Shown: positions 38,235 to 48,424, numbered from the stretch's first letter. The stretch is DNA of 64,000 nucleotides from Bacillota bacterium (GCA_050952625.1 JBMNLH010000004.1:288001-352000), one strand, 5' to 3'. A program made the numbers and translations. The notes: generated by a model from the letters alone, not told the origin.

Positions 38235-38834
38235 CTACTCAATTTTATCATTAATAGGCCCTGTTAGCCCATATATCATTAAATCCAATAATTCTTTTAT
38301 TAACTCTCTATTCGCATTCTTATGCAAATCAGGCCTCTGAAGCACATCAAGATACATTGTCAGATAGATCATCGCAGCCTCAAATGAGATTTCTTTGCGA
38401 ATATATCCTTCTTCGCGGCCTTTTTCAATGAATTTACCGACAATATAAGGGTACTCGTTTTTGTTAAAGTCATCTACCAGCTTCTTTATCTCCGGGTTGG
38501 AATTAAACAATGCCCAAAAATTATCGAGGTTTACTTGATCAAAAAAATCATTTTTCATTGATACTGTCCGCTTCAATATTTCAGGAAATGGCAGGTCGCT
38601 TTCCCACAATTCTTTTCTTAATTCCCAATTGCTTTTAATCAAGTTTATAATTGTCTCCTTCATCAGGCCTTCTTTGCTGCCAAAATAATTATAAATACTG
38701 GCTGGAGAAACCCCTGCCCTTTGAGCAATCTCATTTATATTAGTTTTATCCGGGCCATACTTACAAAAGAGCTCTAAGGCAGCAGTGCGTATCTTATCTT
38801 TTTTTAGCTCTGTTCTACGTTCATATCCATTCAT
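38235..38834 (-). CDS. TetR-family regulator
   Basis: IAQRAGVSPASIYNYFGSKE HTH. Confidence 0.93.
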   Translation of the reverse strand: MNGYERRTELKKDKIRTAALELFCKYGPDKTNINEIAQRAGVSPASIYNYFGSKEGLMKETIINLIKSNWELRKELWESDLPFPEILKRTVSMKNDFFDQVNLDNFWALFNSNPEIKKLVDDFNKNEYPYIVGKFIEKGREEGYIRKEISFEAAMIYLTMYLDVLQRPDLHKNANRELIKELLDLMIYGLTGPINDKIE

Positions 38835-38865
38835 TTATTAACACCTCGCTCTAAGCATACTAAAA

Positions 38866-38958
38866 AGTTTTATAACGAGTCAATATAAAACTACAAAACC
38901 AATTGACAAGGGATGACGACATATTATAGTTTTATAGTATATTTCTATAAAATTATAA
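38866..38958. promoter_or_regulatory. Two putative TetR operators in the divergent promoter region
   Basis: AGTTTTATA-N9-TATAAAA(C/T)T at 38866-38892 and within 38924-38958; TTGACA at 38903. Confidence 0.7.
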
Positions 38959-38972
38959 AACGAGGGATTAAC

Positions 38973-39875
38973 ATGAACGTCATTCAGATCGAAAAACTGA
39001 CCAAATCCTTTGGCGCGACCAAGGCTTTAAAAGGAATTGATCTTACCGTGAAGCAGGGAGAGGTACATGGTTTTATCGGGCCCAACGGTGCGGGAAAGTC
39101 GACAACTATCCGCATCCTGCTGGGGATTTTGAGGAAAACTTCGGGAAAAATTACACTGTTCGGAGGCGACCCGTGGAAGGATGCTGTGGAGCTGCATCGC
39201 CGAATTGCCTATGTCCCGGGTGATGTTACTCTGTGGCCTGATTTATCCGGAGGGGAAATCATTGATCTTCTTGGACGGCTGCACGGAGGACTTAATTTAT
39301 CCCGAAAGAAACACCTTCTGGAACGCTTCCAGCTTGATCCAACCAAGAAAAGCAGAACCTATTCCAAAGGAAACCGCCAGAAGGTAGCTTTAGTAGCCGC
39401 CTTTTCCTGTGATGCAGATTTGTATCTTCTAGATGAGCCTACTTCAGGACTGGATCCTCTGATGGAGATGGTCTTTCAGGAATGCATAGCGGAAATAAAG
39501 AAAGCGGGTAAGACCGTGCTCCTGTCAAGCCATATCCTTTCGGAAATAGAGTCCCTTTGCGACCGGGTCAGTATTATCCGGCAAGGGCAGATCGTAGAAT
39601 CCGGAACACTGTCCGAGCTTCGGCATCTGACCCGTACTACAGTAAATGTAGAGACCGAGAGGGAGGCAAATGGCTTGAGTAAGTTGAACGGGGTATACGA
39701 TGTATCAAAAGATGGTCGAAAATACCGGTTTTCCGCTGATCTTGATGCCATAACGGAAATTATGAGATTTCTCCTGTCGCTGGGAATCAAATCAATAACG
39801 ATTGAACCACCCAGCTTGGAGGAATTGTTCCTGCGCCACTATGGTAACGGTATTCGTGACAAGGAGGAGAATTAG
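38973..39875 (+). CDS. ABC exporter ATP-binding subunit
   Basis: GPNGAGKST, YSKGNRQK, LDEPTSGLDP; RBS GAGGG before ATG 38973 (the ORF track extends to 38913). Confidence 0.93.
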   Translation: MNVIQIEKLTKSFGATKALKGIDLTVKQGEVHGFIGPNGAGKSTTIRILLGILRKTSGKITLFGGDPWKDAVELHRRIAYVPGDVTLWPDLSGGEIIDLLGRLHGGLNLSRKKHLLERFQLDPTKKSRTYSKGNRQKVALVAAFSCDADLYLLDEPTSGLDPLMEMVFQECIAEIKKAGKTVLLSSHILSEIESLCDRVSIIRQGQIVESGTLSELRHLTRTTVNVETEREANGLSKLNGVYDVSKDGRKYRFSADLDAITEIMRFLLSLGIKSITIEPPSLEELFLRHYGNGIRDKEEN

Positions 39876-41483
39876 ATGAAGCCTAATGGGTTTGCAGGCA
39901 CCCGAACACTGTTTAAACTCTTTCTCCGCCGGGATCAATTTTTGCTGCCTCTTTGGATATTCCTGCCTGTGGTTTTGGGGATGATTGTAGCGGCTACTTT
40001 TATCGCTATGGCAGACCAGGGGATGCATAGTGTATTAAATGAATTTGATAAAGATCCATTGGTTTCTGCGATTCTCGGCCCGGTTATGTCTTTTGATCTT
40101 CCCGGGGCCATAGTTTGGCGGGGTACTTCACAACTGGCACTTGTTTTAGCAATAGCCAGCCTGCTTACAGTGATTCGCCATACCCGTACGGATGAAGAAA
40201 CAGGTCGCAGTGAGCTGATTCGAGCCTACGCAGTTGGTCCTTACGCCAGCTTAACTGCTGCGCTGATCTTAACCATCGTTGGAAACCTGGTATCAGGAGT
40301 GCTGATTGCCTTAAGTGTAATTGCCCTTGGGGGAGATGCAGCTGGTTCATTTGTGTTTGGAGCCACCATGTCGGTCGTGGGGTGTTTTTTTGCCGGTATA
40401 GGTGCTTTAGGTGTTCAGTTGCGGGAAAACAGCGGCAGTGCCCGGGGAATCGGCATGGCAGTCGCGGGCTTGGGGATAATGATGATGATTTTGAATAACG
40501 TGGGAGGTGGAGATACAGTATTAAAATGGATCAGTCCCATGGCGTGGCAGCGGGTGACCAGGCCCTTTGCCGGGAATCATGGCTGGAGTTTGTTGTGCTT
40601 TACTGCTATCGCCGCTGTACCTATAATTATTTCCTACGCGTTATCTATTCGAAGAGATCTTGGGGCGGGCATTCTTCCGTCGCGTCCCGGACCTTCGGCA
40701 GCGGCCCTCGGTTTTTCCAGCCCTCTTGCATTGGCCTGGAGACTGCATCAAAGAAGTTTCATCGGCTGGCTGATGGGTACAGTATTGTATATAGTTGGAT
40801 TTTCTGCCCTCTCTCCCGGTTTATCTCAATCTGGAGGAATAAGTGGCTGGCTGTCCGGTCTTGGCGGTACAGATTGGACTGACCAAGCCGGTTTGGGTTG
40901 TGTCTTTATCAGCATAGGCATCTATCTGGTTTCGCTTGTCGTGGCAGTCTATGCAATAACTGCTGTGCTGCGCATGAAAAAAGAAGAAGACGAAGGTAGA
41001 ACAGAATTGCTGGTCGATAAACAGGTCAGCCGGATTAGCTGGATGAGTAGCCATTTAATCGTCGCAGCTTCATGTTCTGCGGGACTGTTGCTGGCCATGG
41101 GCGTTGCCGGGGGTCTGGTGTATGGGTTTGTTACCGATGATTTAAGTAACGGCTTCTGGAATATTTTTTACATGAACGTCTCAAAAATTCCACCCGTATG
41201 GATACTGTTAAGTTTAACTGCCTTTTTGTATGGTTTATGGCCTCGAATAACATCTCTGTGCTGGGTTGTCTGGTTAGCGTTTGTTCTGCTGGAACTTGGC
41301 TGGGAAGCACAGCTAGTAGATTGGTCACTGATGCAAATCTCTCCGTTTAGCTTTGCTCACTATACCATTGATATTTCAAATTTGCCGATGTTACCGCTAC
41401 TCTGCTTGTTTTTTGTCTCAGCATTATTGACAGGCATCGGTTTGCTTGGGTTTAGAAGCAGAGATATTTTGACAAAAGCATAG
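39876..41483 (+). CDS. ABC-2 exporter permease (antibiotic-exporter-like)
   Basis: ~12 TM segments; RHTRTDEETGRSEL and EEDEGRTEL repeats, RRDLGAG. Confidence 0.88.
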   Translation: MKPNGFAGTRTLFKLFLRRDQFLLPLWIFLPVVLGMIVAATFIAMADQGMHSVLNEFDKDPLVSAILGPVMSFDLPGAIVWRGTSQLALVLAIASLLTVIRHTRTDEETGRSELIRAYAVGPYASLTAALILTIVGNLVSGVLIALSVIALGGDAAGSFVFGATMSVVGCFFAGIGALGVQLRENSGSARGIGMAVAGLGIMMMILNNVGGGDTVLKWISPMAWQRVTRPFAGNHGWSLLCFTAIAAVPIIISYALSIRRDLGAGILPSRPGPSAAALGFSSPLALAWRLHQRSFIGWLMGTVLYIVGFSALSPGLSQSGGISGWLSGLGGTDWTDQAGLGCVFISIGIYLVSLVVAVYAITAVLRMKKEEDEGRTELLVDKQVSRISWMSSHLIVAASCSAGLLLAMGVAGGLVYGFVTDDLSNGFWNIFYMNVSKIPPVWILLSLTAFLYGLWPRITSLCWVVWLAFVLLELGWEAQLVDWSLMQISPFSFAHYTIDISNLPMLPLLCLFFVSALLTGIGLLGFRSRDILTKA

Positions 41484-41681
41484 ACGGTTAAACGGTGCTA
41501 ATTTAGACTATTATTAAAGTTCGAATGCGGCCAGGGTTAGGCATCGGCGGCGGATATGCTCCGATAGTGTAATCCCAGCAGGATGAAAACATTTTTTAAT
41601 CGGCCAAGAAACTCAACCCTTCAATTAGGTAGTTGTTATATTAACATAAAATGAATCATGAAGAAGAAGGGGCAAACATAA

Positions 41682-42419
41682 ATGAATGAACAAAATAACA
41701 ATACCTTTTGGTTCCCTGGGCACTGGATGGGAGGTCTCTCCTTAATCATCGGACCACTCTTATTACTAGCGGCTGCTCTCCTCAGGATACAGTTTCATTT
41801 CTTCTATGACGCGCAGCTTGCCGCCTACGCTGACCATCCTGTACTCATCACCGCTGCCTACAGTTGCTTTGTGCTAGGCTGCCTCTTCCTCTGGCCTGGG
41901 GTCATCACCTTAGCAAGATTCATCGGCATGAAACATCCCACTTTAGCAGTTTGGGGGGGCATGGTTACGATCTTGGGGCTAATAGGCCGTGTTTTTCATG
42001 GCGGCATTGATCATATGGCCTTCCAGCTCGTAAATGTGCAAAGTCTTGAACTCGCAACGAAAGCGGTAAGCGACTCGTACCAAGCGTTCCATATCATTCG
42101 GTATTTTAACGGCATGATGATGGTCGGCTGGGTACTCTTGGCAATCGGTGCCTATCGTTCTGGCACTCTCGGACTCATTCGTTCGGCGGCACTGGCCTCC
42201 ATGTTCTTCCTACCCTTGGGTACCCTAAAAGGCACGAGATTCGAGTCTACATTCCTGATCCTTGGACTCTGCATAGCATTTGTTCCACTCGGTATCAAAG
42301 TGTTGCGCAACGGCCCGCCGCCATCACGCAAGGCGATAATCTGGGCGATTGCATTCGTAGTCGGTGAGATTGTATTTATTGTGCTTTCAATTCTATACCC
42401 CGAAATTATGCGGCACTAA
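41682..42419 (+). CDS. Membrane protein of unknown function
   Basis: Multiple hydrophobic segments, RBS AAGGGG. Confidence 0.75.
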   Translation: MNEQNNNTFWFPGHWMGGLSLIIGPLLLLAAALLRIQFHFFYDAQLAAYADHPVLITAAYSCFVLGCLFLWPGVITLARFIGMKHPTLAVWGGMVTILGLIGRVFHGGIDHMAFQLVNVQSLELATKAVSDSYQAFHIIRYFNGMMMVGWVLLAIGAYRSGTLGLIRSAALASMFFLPLGTLKGTRFESTFLILGLCIAFVPLGIKVLRNGPPPSRKAIIWAIAFVVGEIVFIVLSILYPEIMRH

Positions 42420-42441
42420 CAGGGAGTAATACTACGCCTGG

Positions 42442-42615
42442 CTAAGCATCGGAAAGCTGCTCGTTCTGGTGCTTCTTTATTGCCTCTAAAAACTGCTCCC
42501 CGTATTTCTTAAATTTGGTTTCACCTACTCCAGGGATGGCCAGCATGGACCAGGCATCCTCGGGCCGGGAGTGACACATTCCCCGCAAGGTGCTGTCGTG
42601 AAAAATAATATAACT
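42442..42615 (-). pseudogene. RecQ C-terminal HRDC fragment
   Basis: YIIFHDSTL...IPGVGETKFKKYGEQFL; the rest of recQ is absent, replaced by the hicAB promoter. Confidence 0.75.
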
Positions 42616-42630
42616 GGCTTTATCATATGT

Positions 42631-42659
42631 TTGACTTATACACATTCAGTGTGTACAAT
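42631..42659 (+). promoter_or_regulatory. hicAB sigma-A promoter with operator palindrome
   Basis: TTGACT-17-TACAAT containing TACACA-TTCAG-TGTGTA. Confidence 0.75.
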
Positions 42660-42679
42660 GTGAATCAAGAGGTGAGGTT

Positions 42680-42853
42680 GTGAAACGTAAAGATCTAATC
42701 AAGCTCTTAGAGAAAAACGGTTGGTGGCTCAAAAGGGAAGGACATGATCACACCATCTACACCAACGGAAAAGACAATGAACCAATATCACGCCAGACAG
42801 AAATTGATGAAATATTAGCAAAGAAAATAATTAAAAGGCGGAATTTAAAATAA
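42680..42853 (+). CDS. hicA: HicA toxin (57 aa, missing from the ORF track)
   Basis: GTG start after GAGGTG; MKRKDLIKLLEKNGWWLKREGHDHTIYTNGKDNEPISRQTEIDEILAKKIIKRRNLK. Confidence 0.88.
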   Translation: MKRKDLIKLLEKNGWWLKREGHDHTIYTNGKDNEPISRQTEIDEILAKKIIKRRNLK

Positions 42854-42886
42854 ACCCGTTTTCTAAACCAAAAGGAGAGTGAAAAA

Positions 42887-43279
42887 ATGATTAAAGCGTA
42901 TCCAATCATCCTAACCCCAGCAAAGGTTGGTTACGTCGTATCTGTTCCTGATTTAAATATTAATACGCAAGGGAAAGATATCGCCGAGGCGATTTATATG
43001 GCCCGTGACGCTATTGGTCTCTGGGGGATTACTGAACAAGATGACGGCAGAGAAATCCCCGAGCCATCAACAACCGAACCGGATCATGAAGCCAATGAGT
43101 TAATTACCTGGGTAGATATTGACTTTGATAAATACCGCAAAGCGAATGATATGACTACTATGCGTATTAATGTTTCTGTCCCAAAATATCTAAAAGTCTT
43201 AGGTGATGAAGTTGGCGTAAATTTTTCTCAAATCCTTCAAGAAGGATTAAAAAAGCACCTTGGTATTAAGCAGCCTTAA
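42887..43279 (+). CDS. hicB: HicB antitoxin
   Basis: YVVSVPDL..NTQG...EAIYMARDAIG; C-terminal RHH INVSVPKYL...VNFSQILQEGL. Confidence 0.92.
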   Translation: MIKAYPIILTPAKVGYVVSVPDLNINTQGKDIAEAIYMARDAIGLWGITEQDDGREIPEPSTTEPDHEANELITWVDIDFDKYRKANDMTTMRINVSVPKYLKVLGDEVGVNFSQILQEGLKKHLGIKQP

Positions 43280-43301
43280 CCACAGGGACGGTTCTTGTGG
43301 C
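43279..43301 (+). repeat. REP-like repeat family 2 (CCAC.GGGACGGTTCTTGTGG)
   Basis: Related copies at 1275-1296, 49824-49843 (reverse) and 56853-56875. Confidence 0.6.
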
Positions 43302-43311
43302 GGGTAAGCCT

Positions 43312-43373
43312 GCTTCAGGTGGGGTAGAGTCTCCACCTGAAGCCCGGATGTTCAGCGAAGCTGGATGAGTTCA
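43312..43373 (-). repeat. Intergenic repeat family 1 copy
   Basis: GCTTCAGGTGG...CCACCTGAAGC hairpin plus GATGTTCA...GAGTTCA, matching 48242-48326. Confidence 0.7.
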
Positions 43374-43422
43374 TAGTTATCTAAAGGCAACCATGGTCGC
43401 CAAAAAGGGAGAATGAGAAAAA

Positions 43423-44298
43423 ATGAGTGGAAAACTGATTAGGCTATTCTTAGTTGACGGTAAACCAAACGGCTTGCGAACCTTGGAAATTTCAAACATG
43501 ACTATTCACGCAACCATCTTTCCCAGGCCACAAATTGACCAGTTTGCCAAACGAGAATCTGCCAACAAGCCTGGTGTATATTTATTACTTGGTACTGATG
43601 TAGATAATGCAGAACAATTGGTTTTATATGTAGGTGAAGGTGATCCTGTTCTACCAAGATTGAAGAGTCATTCGAATAAAAAAGACTTCTGGACCGAGGC
43701 GATTGTATTTTCCTCGAAGGACGGGTACTTAACTAAGACTCAAATTCAGTATTTAGAGGCTGAATTATACACCATTGCTAAAGAAGCATTTAGGGTTAAG
43801 TTGGATAATTCCCAGTGCCCAACAAAACCTAACATATCGGAAGTAGATGAGGCAGAAGTAAGTCAATTCTTGGACGGAATCAAGTTGATCTTGGCTTCTC
43901 TTCATTATGACTTCCTTGAACCTCGCACCTTAATAGAGTCAGACAATACACCCATATCCAAGGTTTACGAACTTAAAAATAAAAAGGCCATTGGTAAGAT
44001 GGCGATTATGGATAACAAGTATGTTATCCTCAAAGGCTCAACAGCGGTATTAGAAAACAGAAAATCTATTCCACCGGCCATAGCCAAATTAAGAAAGGAC
44101 CTTGTCGAAACAGGAATAATGGTGAACAAAGGGGATGGAGTTTTTACATTTACCCAAGATGCAACTTTTAACAGTCCAAGCTATGCTGCAGCAGCCATTG
44201 TTGGGGGTGCGGCAAATGGGCAAAAAATGTGGAAATACGAAAACAAATCTCTTAAGGAGATTGAAGAAGAAACAATGGTTATTGGGGCAGATGATTAA
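43423..44298 (+). CDS. GIY-YIG nuclease-like protein with DUF4357-like C-terminus
   Basis: PGVYLL...LYVGE...RLKSH; FNSPSYAAAAIVGGAANG..MWK. Confidence 0.85.
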   Translation: MSGKLIRLFLVDGKPNGLRTLEISNMTIHATIFPRPQIDQFAKRESANKPGVYLLLGTDVDNAEQLVLYVGEGDPVLPRLKSHSNKKDFWTEAIVFSSKDGYLTKTQIQYLEAELYTIAKEAFRVKLDNSQCPTKPNISEVDEAEVSQFLDGIKLILASLHYDFLEPRTLIESDNTPISKVYELKNKKAIGKMAIMDNKYVILKGSTAVLENRKSIPPAIAKLRKDLVETGIMVNKGDGVFTFTQDATFNSPSYAAAAIVGGAANGQKMWKYENKSLKEIEEETMVIGADD

Positions 44299-44478
44299 GC
44301 GTTGTTTGGGATGAAGACGGTCAATGGGAAATTTTGGAATAGCCGCGGGAATCACAAACATCCATAAGTCCACCCAGAGCGGAAGTTCGGCATTTAGTGA
44401 TCGCATTTATAGCATTCAACCCTTCATAATGAACAGGATTGGATTTCATAAAACAATTTCTGTTCACAGGTGAATGCA

Positions 44479-45762
44479 TCAGCGGAATGGAACTGCCTGG
44501 AGTATGTTAAAAATATCTTCTGGCCGCCCGCCCTTTACATTCACTTCGACCACCATGTCACCATATAGGACGCTAAAGTGCATCCGATAACCCGTATTGT
44601 CATCCCCGGCATCATTGACCGTATAAGCCCTTGTTTTAACGGCTTTCAGCGAGAGGTTTTCCGCTTTAAAAACCGGGTTATTCACAATTTCACGCAGTTC
44701 ATCCGGTACCGATTCAGCGCGGGGAATAGGATACAGTGCCAGGTCATAAGTTTCCGGTTGGCTTAAATCCACGATTCTGGCCTCATCGTCTTTGGTTTTG
44801 CGATAGATCGTCAGAGTGAGATACCGCATGCCTTTTGTGTATTCAAGCCTCAATCCGTCACGTTGCTGATTCAAAATGCGCCAGGCCGATTCAAAATTAA
44901 AGCCGGGCATGTGTGGGGGTACATATGCTCCGAAATCAGGGTCTCCCTGCGCCTGGGAAAGGGCTAGCTTCTCTGACCGCCAGGCCGGGATATAATCCGG
45001 TGTGATTTGACCCAAATCAGCAGCAGTCCCAGCGGCGATGAGGTTTACCAGCATGGTCAGTTCTTCCTCAGCATTTTCGCCGGTGATCTCGATATAATAC
45101 CCCGTTCTATTAAGGGTAAATAAGGCGTAATACAGGGTATCCACCCGGCCGGATGGATCTTGCCAATATCCGGCTGTCACGGGAAGGTCGTTTATCTCAG
45201 AGACTCGAGGCTCATCTGCATACCTAAAGGTATAAGCGGGGGACCGGTCCTTAGCCATTTTAATCCTGATTTCCTGGCCTGAGTCCGCGTCTTTGCCGAC
45301 GATGGTGACATCATCCAGAATCCCTTGGCCAGAAAACCCGGCGTGCCCTTTGAGCATATAGTTTTTCAGCATATCTGGTGTGCTTTTTAGAAGGGTGCCG
45401 ATTTCATCTGGCGTAAGCTCTTGGGTGAAATAGCCGAGAATTGCGGCCCGTTTTGCCTCTGAACTTCCCTCCGCCCGATTAAAAAACAGAGCAGATTCCT
45501 CGTTGGCATCCAACGAGGGTATGGTCGCGGGTGATGAAGTGTCGTCAGGCTGGATCACCGGAGAATTGACCTGGTTTGACGGAAATAGGTTGGGAAAAGC
45601 CCAAATGCTCATAAACACAAGCACAGCGCAGGCACATATGGGAGCATAACGCCCTAAAACTATGCGCCGAAGCGGAGGTCTTTGTGTTAAACGGTTCATG
45701 ATTTTATCGTGTAAGGCTTGGTCAACGGACACCTGGTCCATGTAGCTGCGGTAATCTTTCAT
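44479..45762 (-). CDS. Putative membrane anti-sigma factor
   Basis: Overlaps the ECF sigma stop; short cytoplasmic N-terminus, one TM, extracellular domain. Confidence 0.7.
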   Translation of the reverse strand: MKDYRSYMDQVSVDQALHDKIMNRLTQRPPLRRIVLGRYAPICACAVLVFMSIWAFPNLFPSNQVNSPVIQPDDTSSPATIPSLDANEESALFFNRAEGSSEAKRAAILGYFTQELTPDEIGTLLKSTPDMLKNYMLKGHAGFSGQGILDDVTIVGKDADSGQEIRIKMAKDRSPAYTFRYADEPRVSEINDLPVTAGYWQDPSGRVDTLYYALFTLNRTGYYIEITGENAEEELTMLVNLIAAGTAADLGQITPDYIPAWRSEKLALSQAQGDPDFGAYVPPHMPGFNFESAWRILNQQRDGLRLEYTKGMRYLTLTIYRKTKDDEARIVDLSQPETYDLALYPIPRAESVPDELREIVNNPVFKAENLSLKAVKTRAYTVNDAGDDNTGYRMHFSVLYGDMVVEVNVKGGRPEDIFNILQAVPFR

Positions 45763-46253
45763 AACGTGTCCTCCTGCAACATAGTTCTGAGCTTTTGGCG
45801 TGCACGGGTGAGCAAACTTCTGACCGTGGATTCCTTTTGGCCGGTTATCCCGGCAATTTCCGCCGTCGTATATCCTTCATAATAAAAAAGATGGATGACA
45901 ATTCGGTACTTTGCCGGCAGGGACAAAATGGTTTCCATCAGATGCTGCTGCTCCTCCGACTGGGCCGGGTAAGATTCGAGCAGCGGGTCGGTTTTTTTCC
46001 GCCAGCTTAAGCGTAGACGGCTTTTACATCGATTAACGGTCACCCGGATAAGCCAGGCGATTTCGTGTTCTGGCGACTGAAAAACGGGGTGCTTCTCCAT
46101 CACTTTGACAAACACTTCCTGCACAATATCCTCCGCGTCCGCTTTGTTTCCCAAGATGGCCACAGCGGTTCTATACAACCTGTTTTCATGTTTTAATACA
46201 AATTTTTCCATCCAATCCTCCGGCCGGCAGGATTGATCAGCCATCCGATTCAC
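45759..46253 (-). CDS. ECF RNA polymerase sigma factor
   Basis: DAEDIVQEVF, AWLIRVTVNRC, LFYYEGYTTAEIA...TVRSLLTRAR. Confidence 0.95.
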   Translation of the reverse strand: MNRMADQSCRPEDWMEKFVLKHENRLYRTAVAILGNKADAEDIVQEVFVKVMEKHPVFQSPEHEIAWLIRVTVNRCKSRLRLSWRKKTDPLLESYPAQSEEQQHLMETILSLPAKYRIVIHLFYYEGYTTAEIAGITGQKESTVRSLLTRARQKLRTMLQEDTL

Positions 46254-46709
46254 TCCCTCAACCTATATACGCATGAAAGAGATGAATTGCTGCAAGGACT
46301 AAAAATATTATCAGGGGCAACTTTATCAAGGGTAGCTTTATCATGGCGTGGTCATGTATACATTCACAAAGTTGTATGGTTAATCTTAATTGGGCAGCTA
46401 TATCATCATTAAAAGGTTGACCCTTATTGTTTGAAACCATGTTTCTCCGTATGCCTGGTTATCCCTGTATGTTCGGTTATAAGAGAGAATTTCTATCATA
46501 ATTTCGATAATATCAGTCGTACTGCGAAGCCAGATGAGGCAAAGCTGATCTTATCCAGTTTTTTCTACTGTTAGGTAATTTGTTACCTTCATATTGACAT
46601 TTGGCAAACAAAATACTAAAATGTTTATAATAACATCAACAAAACATTATATCGTTGCTATCACTTTTGACGAAACAGCAAGATACAGTCTTAAGAAAGG
46701 CTGAGACCT

Positions 46710-47048
46710 TTGACTAATCAGGAAGAATTAAAACCGGTCGATTCGGCTTCTGATATTAAAAAACAAACAATAAAGGATTCGGAGGGCAGTAGTCCTCAGA
46801 ATCAAAAGATAGTGCTGGAAATGAGTATGGATACAAAAGATGGACAACTGTTCCAACTAGAAGAATCCAGTCTTATTGCGCTGCGGGAAATTGCTCAAAA
46901 ATTCCAACAGGGCCGCCTTTATCGGGAACGGGAAATCAATGAGATATTGAAGCAGTATTATGATGACCACATTACGCTTAGACGGTTTTTAATTGAATAC
47001 GGGTTTTTGGCCCGAAAACCCGATGGCAGTCAATACTGGCTAAAGTAA
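46710..47048 (+). CDS. DUF2087-like protein
   Basis: YREREINEILKQYYDDHITLRRFLIEYGFLARKPDGSQYW. Confidence 0.8.
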   Translation: MTNQEELKPVDSASDIKKQTIKDSEGSSPQNQKIVLEMSMDTKDGQLFQLEESSLIALREIAQKFQQGRLYREREINEILKQYYDDHITLRRFLIEYGFLARKPDGSQYWLK

Positions 47049-47106
47049 CCTCACTTATAAAAGTAGGGGTCTGGAACCTAAATCAACAACTGGAAGGTGT
47101 TAGCAG

Positions 47107-48243
47107 GTGAAAAAGATGGAAAGATTCTGGGAGGCCTCCTTGGAAGAAATGAAAAGAGGTTATTGGGAGGACCCGACTGGTTATGGTTGTCTGCTTTGCG
47201 GGCACCGCCTCGAAAAGGGAATCATCTATCAGGAGGATGGAGTGCTTTATGAAGCGGAGAAATATATGCAAGTGCATATTCAGAAAAAGCACAATTCGGT
47301 ATTTGATTATTTGCTCGGCCTAGATAAAAAAATGACCGGTCTTTCGGAACACCAAAAAGAGCTGCTGCAGCTTTTTTATCAAGGAAAAAGCAATACCGAA
47401 ATTCAAAAAGAAATGGGAATCGGCAGCAGTTCCACGATCCGTCACCATCGTTTTGTATTAAAGGAAAAAGCGCGACAGGCTCGGGTGCTTTTAGTCATAA
47501 TGGAGTTATTGAAAGAGATGGACGAGAGCAGACCGAGTTCCTCGGATTCCGCCATGACTCAAAATGCCGCCCCCGTGATAGTTGGCTCCTTTCGTCTTAC
47601 CCGGGAAGAAGTGGATAAAATATTAAAACGCTGTTTTCCGGAAGGGACAGATGGTCAATTAAAGACTTTTGACTTAAAACTAAAGAGCCGGTTGGTTGTT
47701 CTGCGGGAGATTACCAAAAAATTTGAGGCTCCGCGGATCTACCACGAAAAAGAAGTCAACGAAATTTTGAAATCAGTTTATGAGGACTACGTTACCCTGA
47801 GACGGCAACTGGTTGAGTATGGGTTTATGGACCGCAAAGCGGATGGCAGTGAGTATTGGCTAACAGAAACAGATGGAAATGAGGAAGAGAATATGGAGCG
47901 CAAAAAAGAATTAAAACAGCTTTATAAAGAAATGAAAAGCGAAGGTGGGGTTTATCAGATCCGAAACACCATCAACCAGAAGGTATTGGTGGTTAGTACC
48001 CCCAATCTAAAAACCATCAATGGCAGGCGTATGCAGCTGGCAGCCGGAAGTCATCAAAATAAACAGCTGCAGGAAGAAGTAAAGCAATATGGAACAGAGG
48101 CTTTTGTTTTTGAAGTATTAGAGGTTTTGGAGGAAAAAGAGGAGGGCCCCTTTGATAAGGGAGAAGAGCTAAAAAAACTGGAGAAAAAATGGCTGGAAAA
48201 GCTGCAGCCATATGGGGAACGAGGATATAACAAGCGGTCATAG
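47107..48243 (+). CDS. HTH-DUF2087 protein fused to a C-terminal GIY-YIG-like domain
   Basis: CLLC zinc motif, HTH, DYVTLRRQLVEYGFM, GGVYQIRN...LEKKWLEKLQPYGERGYN. Confidence 0.8.
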   Translation: MKKMERFWEASLEEMKRGYWEDPTGYGCLLCGHRLEKGIIYQEDGVLYEAEKYMQVHIQKKHNSVFDYLLGLDKKMTGLSEHQKELLQLFYQGKSNTEIQKEMGIGSSSTIRHHRFVLKEKARQARVLLVIMELLKEMDESRPSSSDSAMTQNAAPVIVGSFRLTREEVDKILKRCFPEGTDGQLKTFDLKLKSRLVVLREITKKFEAPRIYHEKEVNEILKSVYEDYVTLRRQLVEYGFMDRKADGSEYWLTETDGNEEENMERKKELKQLYKEMKSEGGVYQIRNTINQKVLVVSTPNLKTINGRRMQLAAGSHQNKQLQEEVKQYGTEAFVFEVLEVLEEKEEGPFDKGEELKKLEKKWLEKLQPYGERGYNKRS

Positions 48244-48326
48244 TGAACTCGTCCAGCCTTGTTCGGTTTTTGAAAGCACCTTGTTGAACATCAGGGTTTC
48301 AGGTGGAGAATCTGCTCCACCTGAAG
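48242..48326 (+). repeat. Intergenic repeat family 1 copy
   Basis: AGTGAACTCGTCCAGC...GAACATCAGGGTTTCAGGTGGAG...CTCCACCTGAAG. Confidence 0.7.
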
Positions 48327-48424
48327 TTAAACATAATAACCCCCACTAATAGGAGTAGGGATCTCATTGACGGTGGTAATAGCTCTCACCATTGAGTTTT
48401 TTATGATAGGAGTTTTAATACAAA

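Noticed and set aside
43423-44298. Homing endonuclease in a group I intron
   Set aside because: No interrupted host gene or intron core elements flank it; it has its own RBS and a DUF4357-like tail.
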